Source: Vulcanimicrobiota bacterium
GTDB lineage: Bacteria; Vulcanimicrobiota; Vulcanimicrobiia; Vulcanimicrobiales; Vulcanimicrobiaceae
Reading direction: 5' to 3'
NCBI GenBank assembly: GCA_963833095.1
Contig: CAWHWQ010000006.1
Coordinates: forward strand, 1 to 43,691
DNA length: 43,691 nucleotides
Positions 34,147-43,690 of the stretch are shown in pieces (positions within the stretch are counted from its first letter, which is position 1; the number at the start of each line of letters is the position of its first letter). Under the pieces are notes generated by a model. The model had not been told where the DNA came from and did not search any database. It saw only the letters and a list, made by a program, of their open reading frames with translations. Both the position numbers and the translations under genes were made by a program.

Positions 34147-35330
34147 GCCGGAACCTCCTTTGGTGCTGAAACGAGCCGCAAAATCAAGGAAGCGGCATCG
34201 CGCGCAGCATCCGGGCGCCCATGTTGCCCTGCTGCTTGAACCATTCGCTCGCGACGGGCGGAATCCGTCAAAATTGCCGTTAACGCGGTTGGAAGATCGC
34301 TCATCGTGCGTGCCCGAATTGCGACACCCCAATCGGTCAGCACCCGCACGTTGCGCTCTTCCTGTCCGGGCAGTGGTTTGAGCAGTACGATCGGCATCTG
34401 CGCGGCAAGCGCCTCGGCCGTGCTCAGGCCACCGGGCTTCGTGACAAAGACGTCCGCCGCATGCATGTAATCGTAGACATTGTCAACGAAGCGCACGACG
34501 CGCACGGGATAGCTCACGCTCTCGGCTGCTGCAAGCACGCGACTCTCAGCACGTGCATTGCGACCGGCGATAACGACGGCGGCGAGCGGTACGCTCACCG
34601 CCTCCATTGCGCGCAGCGCGCGTTCTAATGGTCCGATTCCGAGGCCTCCGCCCATCACCAGTGCAATCGGCCGGTCGAGTGGTAAACCCAAACGCTCGCG
34701 GATCACGTGCGCCGGCTGCGCGCTGCGTTTGAAGCGCGGATCGACCGGAATGCCCGTGACGGCGATGCGTTCGGGGCGTACGCCGCGCGCGATCATCAGA
34801 TCGCGCATGCCTTGGGTCGCGACGCAGTAGCCTTCGATGTTGTCGTGGATCCAGAACGCATGCACCGCAAAATCGGTCACGATGCCGATGACCGGAGGCG
34901 CGTCGTCATAGAGGCGTTTGTACTCCGCCATCGCGCCGCTTGGGAATGCATGCGTGCATACAATCGCATCGGGGCGCTCGCGCTCGATCAGCGAGCGCAG
35001 ATTGCCGGCAGTGAATTGATGGGCCCAGGTGCGAAAGGGCCCGACCTCGGTCGCGCGCTCGGCGCGGTCGTAGATATAGCGGTACATTTGCGGTATCGTC
35101 TTGACCATCCGCAGATACCCATCCGAGACCACGCGCGAAACGACCAGCGCGGCATATTTGTACGAGTCCACGACCTGCGTGTGAATGTCTGGGTCAAGCT
35201 CACGCAACGCAAAGCAAACGGCGTTAGCTGCCGAGACGTGCCCGACGCCGACGCTCGCCGAAAGAAAGAGGACGCGAATTAGTGTCGCACCACTAACTCT
35301 CGCCGCCTTCCTCTCCGGCTTCTTCGGCAA
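34143..35330 (-). CDS. MGDG-synthase/UgtP-like diacylglycerol glycosyltransferase (GT28)
   Basis: 'LSASVGVGHVSAA', 'IVCTHAFP', 'IVTDF..HAFW', 'TGIPV', 'VMGGGLG', 'TKPGGLSTAEAL', 'PLPGQEERN'. Start is either TTG 35330 or ATT 35279. Confidence 0.9.
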   Translation of the reverse strand: MPKKPERKAARVSGATLIRVLFLSASVGVGHVSAANAVCFALRELDPDIHTQVVDSYKYAALVVSRVVSDGYLRMVKTIPQMYRYIYDRAERATEVGPFRTWAHQFTAGNLRSLIERERPDAIVCTHAFPSGAMAEYKRLYDDAPPVIGIVTDFAVHAFWIHDNIEGYCVATQGMRDLMIARGVRPERIAVTGIPVDPRFKRSAQPAHVIRERLGLPLDRPIALVMGGGLGIGPLERALRAMEAVSVPLAAVVIAGRNARAESRVLAAAESVSYPVRVVRFVDNVYDYMHAADVFVTKPGGLSTAEALAAQMPIVLLKPLPGQEERNVRVLTDWGVAIRARTMSDLPTALTAILTDSARRERMVQAAGQHGRPDAARDAASLILRLVSAPKEVPA

Positions 35331-35592
35331 ACACCAGAAACTCGTCGAGGATCTCTTGCGCGAGCGTATCGTCTTCGAGCAGATTGCCTTCGAGATCGGT
35401 CACGATGAACTCGCTCTCGGCCTCTTCGTCTTGCGGCTCGTGCATCAGCACCGCGTATGACGCGCCATCGTCGGGATCTTCGAGTATGCCCACCACCTCG
35501 AACGGCAGCTCCCCGCCGTCCTTGGTCTCGATGTAGAGCACCTCGCTCAATTCGAGCGGGCCGCTCTTGCTTTCACCGTTGTTGGACGACAT
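35293..35592 (-). CDS. DUF1292 family acidic protein
   Basis: 'YIETKDGGELPFEVVGILED...SYAVL'; very acidic; ruvX/mltG context; SD AGGAG. Confidence 0.8.
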   Translation of the reverse strand: MSSNNGESKSGPLELSEVLYIETKDGGELPFEVVGILEDPDDGASYAVLMHEPQDEEAESEFIVTDLEGNLLEDDTLAQEILDEFLVFAEEAGEEGGES

Positions 35593-35613
35593 GTTGGCTC
35601 CTTAGAAGGCGAT

Positions 35614-36573
35614 TTAATGAAGACAGCGCTGGACGTTGGCTTGATGTTCGGAAAGCGTCTTCGCAAACACATGATGCCCATTCCCGCAGTACACGTAGTA
35701 TAGGTCGTCGGTTTTTGCCGGATGGAGCGCGGCCAGGAGAGCGGGCAGGCCCGGGTTGGCGATCGGGGTCGGCGGCAGGCCGGCGTGCTGGTAGGTATTA
35801 TACGGCGAATCGATCTGCAAGTCGCGCAGCGATAGTGCCGCTTTATGCCGGGGCAGTGCATATTCGATGGTGGCGTCGACCTGAAGCGGCATCCCTAGGC
35901 GCAGCCGATTGTAGATGACGCCGGCGATCAGCGGACGGTCAGCCTCGATCTTCGCCTCGCGCTCCACCAGCGAGGCAACGGTAACCGCTTGCGCCACGCT
36001 CACGTGGAGACCGCGCGCGAGCTGCGCTGCGTCGGGTGGGAGTTCCTTGGCAAACTGATCGGTGAGCATGCGCGTCACCTGAGCCGGCGTCGCCGCGAGC
36101 GGTATGAGGTAGGTGCTGGGAAATAGGTAGCCCTCGTGGCCGTGAAACGATCGCTCGAACGAACCGGCGCGCCCGACGCCTTCTTCTTGCAGACGCTGCG
36201 CGATCTGCTGCGCGGTGAATCCCTCGGGAATGGATACCCACGTGGCTACCTGCGCGCCGCCGCTCACGAGTTGATCCAAGATCTCTGCTGCCGTAGCGTG
36301 CGGCGCGAATGCATATGCGCCCGCGCGCACCTCGGCATCGGCGCGGCGTGCACGCGCAAGCACGCGAAAAGCAAGCGCGTTGCGAATAACGCCGCGAGAC
36401 TCGAGCAAAGAGGCGATGTCGGCAAGGGTCGATCCGCGCGGGACCACGACCTGCACGCTGGTCGAAGGGAGCGAACGATCCAGAAACACCGTCGCGAACC
36501 ACGCCGCGACAACGCCCGCGACGAAGAGCGCAGCGAGCGCAACGAGAACGCCCACTATGCGACCTCGCGTCAC
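35614..36573 (-). CDS. mltG: Endolytic transglycosylase MltG
   Basis: N-terminal TM, 'IPEGFT', 'EGYLFPSTY', 'ASLVEREA', 'IAGVIYNRL..GMPLQVDAT', 'SPYNTY..GLPPTPIANPG'. Confidence 0.95.
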   Translation of the reverse strand: MTRGRIVGVLVALAALFVAGVVAAWFATVFLDRSLPSTSVQVVVPRGSTLADIASLLESRGVIRNALAFRVLARARRADAEVRAGAYAFAPHATAAEILDQLVSGGAQVATWVSIPEGFTAQQIAQRLQEEGVGRAGSFERSFHGHEGYLFPSTYLIPLAATPAQVTRMLTDQFAKELPPDAAQLARGLHVSVAQAVTVASLVEREAKIEADRPLIAGVIYNRLRLGMPLQVDATIEYALPRHKAALSLRDLQIDSPYNTYQHAGLPPTPIANPGLPALLAALHPAKTDDLYYVYCGNGHHVFAKTLSEHQANVQRCLH

Positions 36574-36992
36574 GAACCGCCCAAACGCCGGCGCGCGAGA
36601 AAGGTCTCTAGAATCAAAGCCGCGGCCATCTTATCGACAACGGTTTTGCGGCGTTTACGCGACACGTCGGCGGCGATGAGCGTTTTCGTTACTTGAGCGG
36701 TGGTCATGCGCTCATCGACGCGGTGAATCGTTCCCTTGAACACCGAACGCAGCGACTCCACGAACGCGTCCATCTTCGTAGCGGCAATGCCGCGCTCGCC
36801 CGAAAGCGAAATTGGATCTCCGACAACCAGATCGCTGACGTCGTAGGATTCCACGAACTCCTCGATCCGCGCGAGATCGGCACGCAGATTGACGCGTTCG
36901 ATCGTTCCGACCGGCAGGGCAAACGTTTCTGTGGGATCGGCCATCGCCACCCCGATCCGCTTGCTGCCCACATCCAGCGCCAAAATGGCTAT
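36570..36992 (-). CDS. ruvX: Putative pre-16S rRNA nuclease / Holliday junction resolvase-like RuvX (YqgF)
   Basis: 'ILALDVGSKRIGVAMAD', 'LVVGDP', 'VDERMTT', 'VDKMAAALIL'. Start is ATA 36992 (inferred) or TTG 36983. Confidence 0.92.
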   Translation of the reverse strand: MAILALDVGSKRIGVAMADPTETFALPVGTIERVNLRADLARIEEFVESYDVSDLVVGDPISLSGERGIAATKMDAFVESLRSVFKGTIHRVDERMTTAQVTKTLIAADVSRKRRKTVVDKMAAALILETFLARRRLGGS

Positions 36993-37711
36993 GATGCTGC
37001 CTTCGGCTTTCTACCGAGGTGGTGGACGACGATCTCCTCGATCGCCACGCCGACGCGCGGCCGCGCGAGCACCGCCGCACCACCGGCGCCGCGCGGCGTG
37101 CGCAGACCGGCCAAATTGTGCAAGTCTTCAGCATCGAGTTCGACCAGATCGCGCCACACCTCACGGCACGACACACAAATGAAGCCACCCGCTTGCGGAT
37201 CCACCCACGCCTGCTCGCGCACGAAACCTTTGCCGCAGCGGATACACGCGTCAACCGGCGGCTCGATGCCCAGCGACGCGAGCAGTCGCAGCGAAAAACG
37301 CGGCACCAGCGCACGCGGCGTCTCGCTCGCAGCGATTGCCGAGATGACGCCGGAGAGCAATCCATAGATTTCCGGCACCGCAAGGTCCGGCTCGCAGAAC
37401 GCGTCGATGAGCTCGGCCACAAGCTGCGCGGTACCAAAGCGCTCGGGTTCGACCAGCCGCTCCCACGGCGCAGAGATGATGTCGGCGTGAACGATCACGT
37501 CAAGCGAACGTCCGTGATGCATTTGAAGTTCGCACTCGTTACCGAACTCGAGCCGGCCGGCAAAATGACTCTTGGCACGGCGCACGCCTTTCGCCACCGC
37601 GTCGAGTTTTCCGCGTTCGCTCGTGAAGAGACGAATGATGCGGTCGGCTTCACCGAGTGGGCGGGCGCGCAGCACGATGCCGCGCGTTTTATACGAGCGG
37701 GCCGAAGGAAT
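36989..37711 (-). CDS. recO: DNA repair protein RecO
   Basis: 'SYKTRGIVLRARPLGEADRIIRLFT.ERGKLDAVAKGVRR.KS' and zinc finger CIRC...CVSC. Start is ATT 37711 (inferred) or GTG 37675. Confidence 0.93.
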   Translation of the reverse strand: MPSARSYKTRGIVLRARPLGEADRIIRLFTSERGKLDAVAKGVRRAKSHFAGRLEFGNECELQMHHGRSLDVIVHADIISAPWERLVEPERFGTAQLVAELIDAFCEPDLAVPEIYGLLSGVISAIAASETPRALVPRFSLRLLASLGIEPPVDACIRCGKGFVREQAWVDPQAGGFICVSCREVWRDLVELDAEDLHNLAGLRTPRGAGGAAVLARPRVGVAIEEIVVHHLGRKPKAAS

Positions 37712-38090
37712 GGGGAAGCAACTCCGCGATGGTGGTCGTCGCCGTGCCGTCGGGCGTGGTGTATACCACCGTCATCTTGGGGTTGAATTCGGCCAGCACT
37801 TGGCGGCACGCTCCGCACGGGCTGGTCAGCAGACCGTCGGGACCCGCAACGGCGATTGCTGCGAACTCGCGAAAACCGGCGCTTACTGCGGCGCCGACAG
37901 CAACGCGCTCGGCGCACATCGTCAGTCCGTAGCTCGCGTTTTCCACGTTGACGCCCATGAACACGTGACCTTCACCGGTATCGAGCGCCGCACCGACGGC
38001 AAAGTGCGAATACGGAGCGTAGGCGTTCTCGCGAACCTCGCGCGCGGCCGAGAGCAACGCCTCATGATCACTGAGCAACGTCGTGCTCAT
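37689..38090 (-). CDS. cdd: Cytidine deaminase (homotetrameric type)
   Basis: 'AYAPYSHFAVGAAL', 'GVNVENASYGLTMCAER', 'SPCGACRQVLAEF', 'ELLPHSF'. Confidence 0.96.
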   Translation of the reverse strand: MSTTLLSDHEALLSAAREVRENAYAPYSHFAVGAALDTGEGHVFMGVNVENASYGLTMCAERVAVGAAVSAGFREFAAIAVAGPDGLLTSPCGACRQVLAEFNPKMTVVYTTPDGTATTTIAELLPHSFGPLV

Positions 38091-39390
38091 CTGCGTGAAG
38101 CTCCTCGTCGGTGGTGGCCGTGCCGTTGGGACTGATAAAGACGCGAACCGAAAGGATCCGGCGGCCGCGCGTGCGCTCCACCTTCAGGCGTGTCTGCCTA
38201 TCGGCCTCGATCTCCTCGCCTTCGCGCGGCAAACGTCCGAAGAGACCGACCACATAGCCCCCGATCGTTTCGAAGTCTTCGAAGGGAATATGCGTGCCGA
38301 GCTTGTCGTTCACGTCTTCGATGTTGGTGCCAGCTTCGACCACTGCCTCTTCATCCGAGACGACGTGGATCGGTTCTTGCTCGTCTTCGTCGTGCTCATC
38401 GCGAATCTCCCCGACGATCTCTTCAAGCAAATCTTCCATGGTGACCAGGCCGGCGGTCCCGCCGTATTCATCGACCACGATCGACATCGAGAACTTTTCG
38501 CGCTGCATCTCGCGCAGAAGCTCGGCGATCTTTTTGGTTTCGGGAACGTGCGAGGCGGGGCGCATGAGCGCGCGCAGACTGGTCTGCGCAAGCGTACCGT
38601 TGGCGAGTGCAATCAACAGCTCGCGGTCGTGCACGATGCCGACGATGTCGTCTTTGGATTCCTGGTAGACGGGAAGCTTCGAGTAGCCGTCGGCGATCAC
38701 CACGTCGAGCGCGCGTCGCGGCGAATCGTCGATCGAGACCGCCACGATCTCCGGGCGCGGCGTCATGACCTCGCGCACGATCGTATCGCCGAACTCGATG
38801 ACCGAATGGATCATCTCGCGTTCTTCTTCTTCGATCACGCGCTGCTCGGCACCGACGTCGACCAGCGAACGAATGTCTTCTTCCGTTACGTAGATCTGAT
38901 GCGCGACCCGGATGCCGAAGACGCGCAAGATACCGTTAGCCACGAAGGTGAAGGCATTGCTGATCGGGCCGATCACTACCGCAACGATGCTGAGCGCGGG
39001 CGAAAGCACGAGGAGCCAGCGGTCGCCACTCCCGGCCGCCAGCGTTTTGGGAATGATCTCGCCAAAGAGCAAGAGGACGACCGCCATTACGCCGGTCGAC
39101 CATAGGGCTGGCTGCGTAAGGCCCATGTCGATCGCGAGCGTCGTGGCAAGCGAGTCGGCCGCGAGGAGCGCGATCGTGTTCCCGATCAAGATCGAGGTGA
39201 GGACGTGGCTCTTGTCATCCACCAACGCAACGAGGCTATCGGATCCCCGCAGCTTGCGATCGTGGATGGTTCGGGCCCGTACCCGCCCGACCGAGACGAG
39301 CGCCGTCTCCGAGGCCGAAAAGAAGGCCGAGGCCAGCACCAGGACGATCAGCACGGCGACTTCAAGCCAGTTTGGATGGGCCGCCGTCAT
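38068..39390 (-). CDS. Hemolysin family HlyC/CorC (CNNM-CBS-CorC) membrane protein
   Basis: 'SAFFSASETAL', 'FGEIIPKTLA', 'VREVMTPR', 'VVDEYGGTAGLVTMEDLLEEIVGEI.DEHD', 'ETIGGYV'. Confidence 0.93.
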   Translation of the reverse strand: MTAAHPNWLEVAVLIVLVLASAFFSASETALVSVGRVRARTIHDRKLRGSDSLVALVDDKSHVLTSILIGNTIALLAADSLATTLAIDMGLTQPALWSTGVMAVVLLLFGEIIPKTLAAGSGDRWLLVLSPALSIVAVVIGPISNAFTFVANGILRVFGIRVAHQIYVTEEDIRSLVDVGAEQRVIEEEEREMIHSVIEFGDTIVREVMTPRPEIVAVSIDDSPRRALDVVIADGYSKLPVYQESKDDIVGIVHDRELLIALANGTLAQTSLRALMRPASHVPETKKIAELLREMQREKFSMSIVVDEYGGTAGLVTMEDLLEEIVGEIRDEHDEDEQEPIHVVSDEEAVVEAGTNIEDVNDKLGTHIPFEDFETIGGYVVGLFGRLPREGEEIEADRQTRLKVERTRGRRILSVRVFISPNGTATTDEELHADEHDVAQ

Positions 39391-39431
39391 GGTGCGGTAC
39401 TTCGGTCAGGGTCGGTATTCAAAACGGCGCC

Positions 39432-39440
39432 ATTATACCA
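39432..39440 (-). promoter_or_regulatory. Internal extended -10 promoter upstream of the hemolysin gene
   Basis: TGG-TATAAT consensus overlapping the dgkA stop codon, about 40 nt before the ATG at 39390. Confidence 0.55.
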
Positions 39441-40161
39441 TGAGGTGCGAGCGAGCTAGCAGGTAGACCGCCAGGGCGACCACCGTTCCGAGCACCGAGC
39501 CGGCTACCACCTCACCGGTGCTGTGGATCTTGGCCTCGACCCGGCTCTGCGCCACCAGGAAGGCCACAAAGTAGGCTAGCAGGGCCGCCAGCGGGCGCTG
39601 ATAGAGGAACGCGAGCAGAGTGGCAGCTGCGAACGCCAGCGCCGCGTGTCCGGAGATCGCTCCGCCCTGGAGCGCTGATCCCCGCCCCACCCAGGCCTTG
39701 GCGAAGATCGTTGCGATGGCCACCACGGTGAGGACCACGAACGCGATGTTGCTCGGGACGCTCGCCACTGCCTCATAAACCCGTTGGCCTCCGTTGATCA
39801 GGCCTTGATAGAACACCAAGTACCCGACGACGACCGCCGCGACCGACGCAACCAAGACGGCGCCGGCTGCGGCATCTTTGGCCGTTTTCGCAAGCGGATG
39901 GTGCGTCACGGTGAGCAGATCGACGATCGACTCGACCGCGGTATTGAGCAGTTCCAGCGCCAAGACCACGGCAATGATAACCACCAAGTCCACGACGTAG
40001 TCGCGGCCAAGACGCAAAATCAGCGCGGCGAGTATCACCAGCAGCGAGATGATCAGATGCGCCCGCATGTTGGGCTGCGTGCGCGCGGCGTACATGATAC
40101 CGGCGAATGCGTGGTTGAACGAACGCCAGAATCGCACGCGCGTTAGCTCTCGTACGGCCAA
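39433..40161 (-). CDS. dgkA: Diacylglycerol/undecaprenol kinase fused to a PAP2-like domain
   Basis: 'SFNHAFAGI...QPNMRAH', 'ELLNTAVESIVDL', 'AKTAKDAAAGAVL'; C-terminal 'GGAISGHAALAF...QSRVEAKIHS..EV'. Confidence 0.88.
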   Translation of the reverse strand: MAVRELTRVRFWRSFNHAFAGIMYAARTQPNMRAHLIISLLVILAALILRLGRDYVVDLVVIIAVVLALELLNTAVESIVDLLTVTHHPLAKTAKDAAAGAVLVASVAAVVVGYLVFYQGLINGGQRVYEAVASVPSNIAFVVLTVVAIATIFAKAWVGRGSALQGGAISGHAALAFAAATLLAFLYQRPLAALLAYFVAFLVAQSRVEAKIHSTGEVVAGSVLGTVVALAVYLLARSHLMV

Positions 40162-40589
40162 GGCATGCCGATGGCCGCAGCTAGGCGGCGCTCCTCGGCT
40201 TCCATCGCGCGCCGCTCGTCAGGCTCCATATGATCGTGACCGAGCACGTGGAGCAAGCCGTGAATCATCAAGCGCTCGACCTCGCGTTGGAGCGGGGCGT
40301 CGTACTCGGAGGCTTGACGGCGCGCCGTCTCGATCGAAATGACGATGTCACCGAGCAATACTTCGGGGACGAACCCCTCCGGTTCGAGCGGAAACGAGAG
40401 CACGTCGGTGGGCGTATCCTTGCCGCGGTGCTCGCGATTGATTTCGCGAATCGCAGCGTCGTTGACCAAAGTCAACGAGATCGCCGCATCCGCATGATCG
40501 ACTTCGGCGAGCAGCTTGCGCATGACGCCCTTTATCGCGCGCGGATCGAGGCCGCTGCCGCGCACTTCATTGCGGTAGTGGATTTGCAT
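40143..40589 (-). CDS. ybeY: rRNA maturation endoribonuclease YbeY
   Basis: 'IREINREHRGKDTPTDVLSFP', 'LGDIVIS', 'HGLLHVLGHDH'; ATG at 40589. Confidence 0.95.
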   Translation of the reverse strand: MQIHYRNEVRGSGLDPRAIKGVMRKLLAEVDHADAAISLTLVNDAAIREINREHRGKDTPTDVLSFPLEPEGFVPEVLLGDIVISIETARRQASEYDAPLQREVERLMIHGLLHVLGHDHMEPDERRAMEAEERRLAAAIGMPWPYES

Positions 40590-41520
40590 ACGCTTTGATG
40601 ATCTTGGCGACCAAGGAGTGACGCACGACGTCGGTTTCATCGAGTTCGACCACGCCGATGTCCTCAAGCCCACCGATGCGCCGGGCCGCGTCGCGCAGCC
40701 CGCTGCGCGCGCCTGACGGCAGATCGATTTGCGTGACATCGCCGTTGACCACCATCTTCGACCCCGAGCCTAGGCGCGTCAAAAACATCTTGAGTTGATC
40801 CGCCGTTGCGTTTTGCGCTTCGTCGAGAATCACGAAGGCGTCGCTGAGCGTCCGGCCGCGCATGTAGGCAAGCGGCGCCACTTCGATCGTGCCGCGCTCG
40901 AGATAGCGCTCAACGACCCCGGCGTCGAGCAAATCTTCGAGGGCGTCGTAGAGAGGACGCAAATACGGATCGACCTTCTCGCGTAAATCGCCGGGAAGAA
41001 ATCCGAGCTTTTCGCCGGCTTCCACGGCGGGACGCGAGAGGATCACGCGCGCAACCTCGCGATTCTTGAGCGCCTTCACCGCCATGACTACGGCGAGAAA
41101 CGTCTTGCCCGTACCGGCCGGACCGATGCCGATCGTGAGCGTGTTGCAGGCGATCGATTGCACCAGGGCACGTTGCCCCGCGGTCTTGGGCCGAATCTCT
41201 TTTCCGCGCTGCGTACGAATGAGCGTGCCGGGCAACGCGCGACCATTCTCGCCCGCACCCGCATCGGCAATAGCAAGGGCGACGTCATCCGGCGTAATCT
41301 GCGCGCCCTCGACCGCGGCATCGAGCATGCGCCGAACCGCGTGTTCCGCGCGCTCGACGTTGGCCGTCGTGCCCGCAAGCGTGAGCCGGTCACCGTCCGC
41401 GCGAACGCTCACGCGCAGACGATCTTCGAGCGCCGAGAGGTTCTGATCGAATTGTCCGAAGAGACGAACGCGATCTACGAGATCGCTTAGATCGACGGTT
41501 CGCTGTGACGTGGACTCCAG
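40567..41520 (-). CDS. phoH: PhoH family ATPase
   Basis: 'GPAGTGKTFLA', 'RPAVEAGEKLGFLPGDL', 'PLAYMRGRTL', 'DEAQN', 'GDVTQIDLP', 'DVVRH'. The N-terminal 'LFGQFDQNL..LE' lies upstream of GTG 41412, implying a CTG start at 41520. Confidence 0.93.
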   Translation of the reverse strand: MESTSQRTVDLSDLVDRVRLFGQFDQNLSALEDRLRVSVRADGDRLTLAGTTANVERAEHAVRRMLDAAVEGAQITPDDVALAIADAGAGENGRALPGTLIRTQRGKEIRPKTAGQRALVQSIACNTLTIGIGPAGTGKTFLAVVMAVKALKNREVARVILSRPAVEAGEKLGFLPGDLREKVDPYLRPLYDALEDLLDAGVVERYLERGTIEVAPLAYMRGRTLSDAFVILDEAQNATADQLKMFLTRLGSGSKMVVNGDVTQIDLPSGARSGLRDAARRIGGLEDIGVVELDETDVVRHSLVAKIIKAYANPLPQ

Positions 41521-41927
41521 ATCGTTTGCTCCTGAAATGCTTTGGGCGGCCCCAAGACCTCGGCGGCGACGATTGCCCGCACGAGTGTCGCGCTCCCTCC
41601 GAACATACCACGAATCGGTGAGGTTCTAATCGGCGCATGCACCAGCGTGTACTCCGGCACCGGCGCGGGCGCGGGCGGCCTTGGTTTTGGCGGCGCCACC
41701 GGGCGCGGCGGCGGTGGCGCCTCGACGACCGGCGGCATGGCAAATGCGGCCGTGACCAACCGCGGCGGCGGAACCGGCTGTGGCTGCGGCCGGGGTTGCG
41801 GCTGCTGGACGGCAGCTTGCGGCGCAGCCGCACGTTGCGACCGCGCCCGCGCGACGTTCTTGCGAATGCTCGAGATCACGCCGAACGCCACGATGATCAG
41901 CCAGATAATCAGGCCGATGTTATGCAT
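41487..41927 (-). CDS. Membrane-anchored Pro-rich protein (YqfB-position gene)
   Basis: N-terminal TM, Pro-rich linker, C-terminal 'LVRAIVAAEVLGPPKA' motif; follows floA. Confidence 0.75.
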   Translation of the reverse strand: MHNIGLIIWLIIVAFGVISSIRKNVARARSQRAAAPQAAVQQPQPRPQPQPVPPPRLVTAAFAMPPVVEAPPPPRPVAPPKPRPPAPAPVPEYTLVHAPIRTSPIRGMFGGSATLVRAIVAAEVLGPPKAFQEQTIWSPRHSEPSI

Positions 41928-41933
41928 CGTAGG

Positions 41934-42947
41934 TTATCTCGGCGGTTGCGGCGGCTGCGTCGCGTCGGGTCCTGCGCCGCCCTCGACGCTGTTACCGATG
42001 GAGTCACGCATGCCGGTGTCTGCCTGCAGATTCCTGAGCTTATAGTAATCCATCACGCCCAGGTTGCCGTTCCGGAACGCCTCCGCGATCGCCAGCGGAA
42101 TCGCGGCCTCGGCTTCCACGACCTTCACGCGCATGGCTTGGGTCTCGGCCTTCTGTTCTTGTTCGGCCGCCTGGGCAGCATACTGGCGCTCCGCGGCCTT
42201 GGCCTGAGCGATCTTGCGATCGGCATCGGCTTGCGAGGTCTGCAATTCGGCGCCGATGTTCTTGCCGACGTCGACGTCGGCGATGTCGATCGAAACGATT
42301 TCGAACGCGGTTCCCGCGTCTAAGCCTTTGGCGAGCACGGTCTTCGAAATGCGGTCGGGATACTCGAGCACTTCCTTATGATCGATTGCCGCGCCGACCG
42401 CGGCCACCACGCCTTCGCCGACACGCGCAATGACCGTCTGTTCGCCCGCGCCGCCGACATAGCGATCGAGGTTGCTGCGCACGGTGACGCGCGCCTTGAC
42501 GTTGAGCTGAATGCCGTTCTGCGCGACGCCTTGGAACGTCGGCGTCTCGATGACTTTGGGAGTGACCGACGTCTGGAGCGCTTCGACGACGTTGCGCCCG
42601 GCCAGATCGATCGCCGCGGCACGCTGCCAGTCCAGCGGAATCTGCGCGCGCTGCGCGGCGATCATGGCGAACGTCACGTTCTCTACATTACCGCCCGCGA
42701 GAAAATGCGACTGCATCTGATCCACGGTGAGATTCAAGCCGGCCTTACGTGCGCGCACGTAGTTCGCGACAATGACGCTGGGGGGAATGCCGATCAGCCG
42801 CATGCGCACCAGCGTGATGATGCCGAGCGGCACACCCGCCGCGACAGTCCGAATCCAGGTAGCGATCGGAAAGTAATACAAAAATGTGAAAAAGAGGATG
42901 ATCGCTACGATGAAGATGATCACCGCACCGATGGTCGCGAGTGCCAC
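41934..42947 (-). CDS. floA: Flotillin-like protein FloA (YqfA)
   Basis: 'HFLAGGNV', '[22 protein letters not shown]', 'ARVGEGVV', '[29 protein letters not shown]', 'GNLGVMDYY'. Confidence 0.95.
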   Translation of the reverse strand: MALATIGAVIIFIVAIILFFTFLYYFPIATWIRTVAAGVPLGIITLVRMRLIGIPPSVIVANYVRARKAGLNLTVDQMQSHFLAGGNVENVTFAMIAAQRAQIPLDWQRAAAIDLAGRNVVEALQTSVTPKVIETPTFQGVAQNGIQLNVKARVTVRSNLDRYVGGAGEQTVIARVGEGVVAAVGAAIDHKEVLEYPDRISKTVLAKGLDAGTAFEIVSIDIADVDVGKNIGAELQTSQADADRKIAQAKAAERQYAAQAAEQEQKAETQAMRVKVVEAEAAIPLAIAEAFRNGNLGVMDYYKLRNLQADTGMRDSIGNSVEGGAGPDATQPPQPPR

Positions 42948-42961
42948 GCTATTCAGGCTCC

Positions 42962-43690
42962 TTACTTATAGCTCGGAAGAGTAACCGGCTCGACAAAGAT
43001 GCGCGCGCCCTCGACGCGCGTAACGCGGATAGGCGTGCCCTCCGCAATGAATTCGCCCTCGGTGAGCACGTCGACGCGCTTGCCGTCGATTTGTGCCACG
43101 CCCGCCGGGCGCAAATAGGAAGCCGCGACACCGGTCATGCCGCGCAGCGACGTGTGGTCGCTGCTCGCGACAAAGTCGGGGCCTTGCGCGTCAACCAGCG
43201 CCAAGCGACGCATCCACGCGTTCTGTGGAAAGATGCGCGTCATCAGCGCAAAGCAGATTGCCGTGCAGATGATAGCTGTCGACATCGCTTCGATCGCAAT
43301 GAACGTAAAGGGCAAGCCAAAGGCTAAAAACACGGCGGCCAGCAGGGCGAGCCCGCCGAGTATCCCGGGAAAGCCGTGACCGGGAACCACGTGTAACTCC
43401 CATAAGATGCCGAGCAGACCGATGATCGCAAGCCCGATCACGAGTCCGTTAGAGAATCCGGCGTAGATGTGCGTCCCGAAGAACAGCGCCAGCGCGAGGA
43501 TGCCGATCGTGCCGGCAATCCCGTGCAGCGTCTGCATTTCCACGATCAGTCCCAGTGACCCGATGGTGAGCAAGAGCGCCGAAATCTCGAGCGTGTTGGC
43601 AAAGCGCGCCAACTCCTCGCCCCAGGTGTAGTTTTGCGTTTGAAGTTGCGCATCGGCCAGATGAACGGAACCCAGCGCCGCCGAGAGCGA
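42962..43690 (-). CDS. nfeD: NfeD family membrane protein (YqeZ-like), 5' part beyond window end
   Basis: TM bundle with '[15 protein letters not shown]'; C-terminal OB-fold '[26 protein letters not shown]'; frame open to the window edge; precedes floA. Confidence 0.88.
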   Translation of the reverse strand, partial: SLSAALGSVHLADAQLQTQNYTWGEELARFANTLEISALLLTIGSLGLIVEMQTLHGIAGTIGILALALFFGTHIYAGFSNGLVIGLAIIGLLGILWELHVVPGHGFPGILGGLALLAAVFLAFGLPFTFIAIEAMSTAIICTAICFALMTRIFPQNAWMRRLALVDAQGPDFVASSDHTSLRGMTGVAASYLRPAGVAQIDGKRVDVLTEGEFIAEGTPIRVTRVEGARIFVEPVTLPSYK

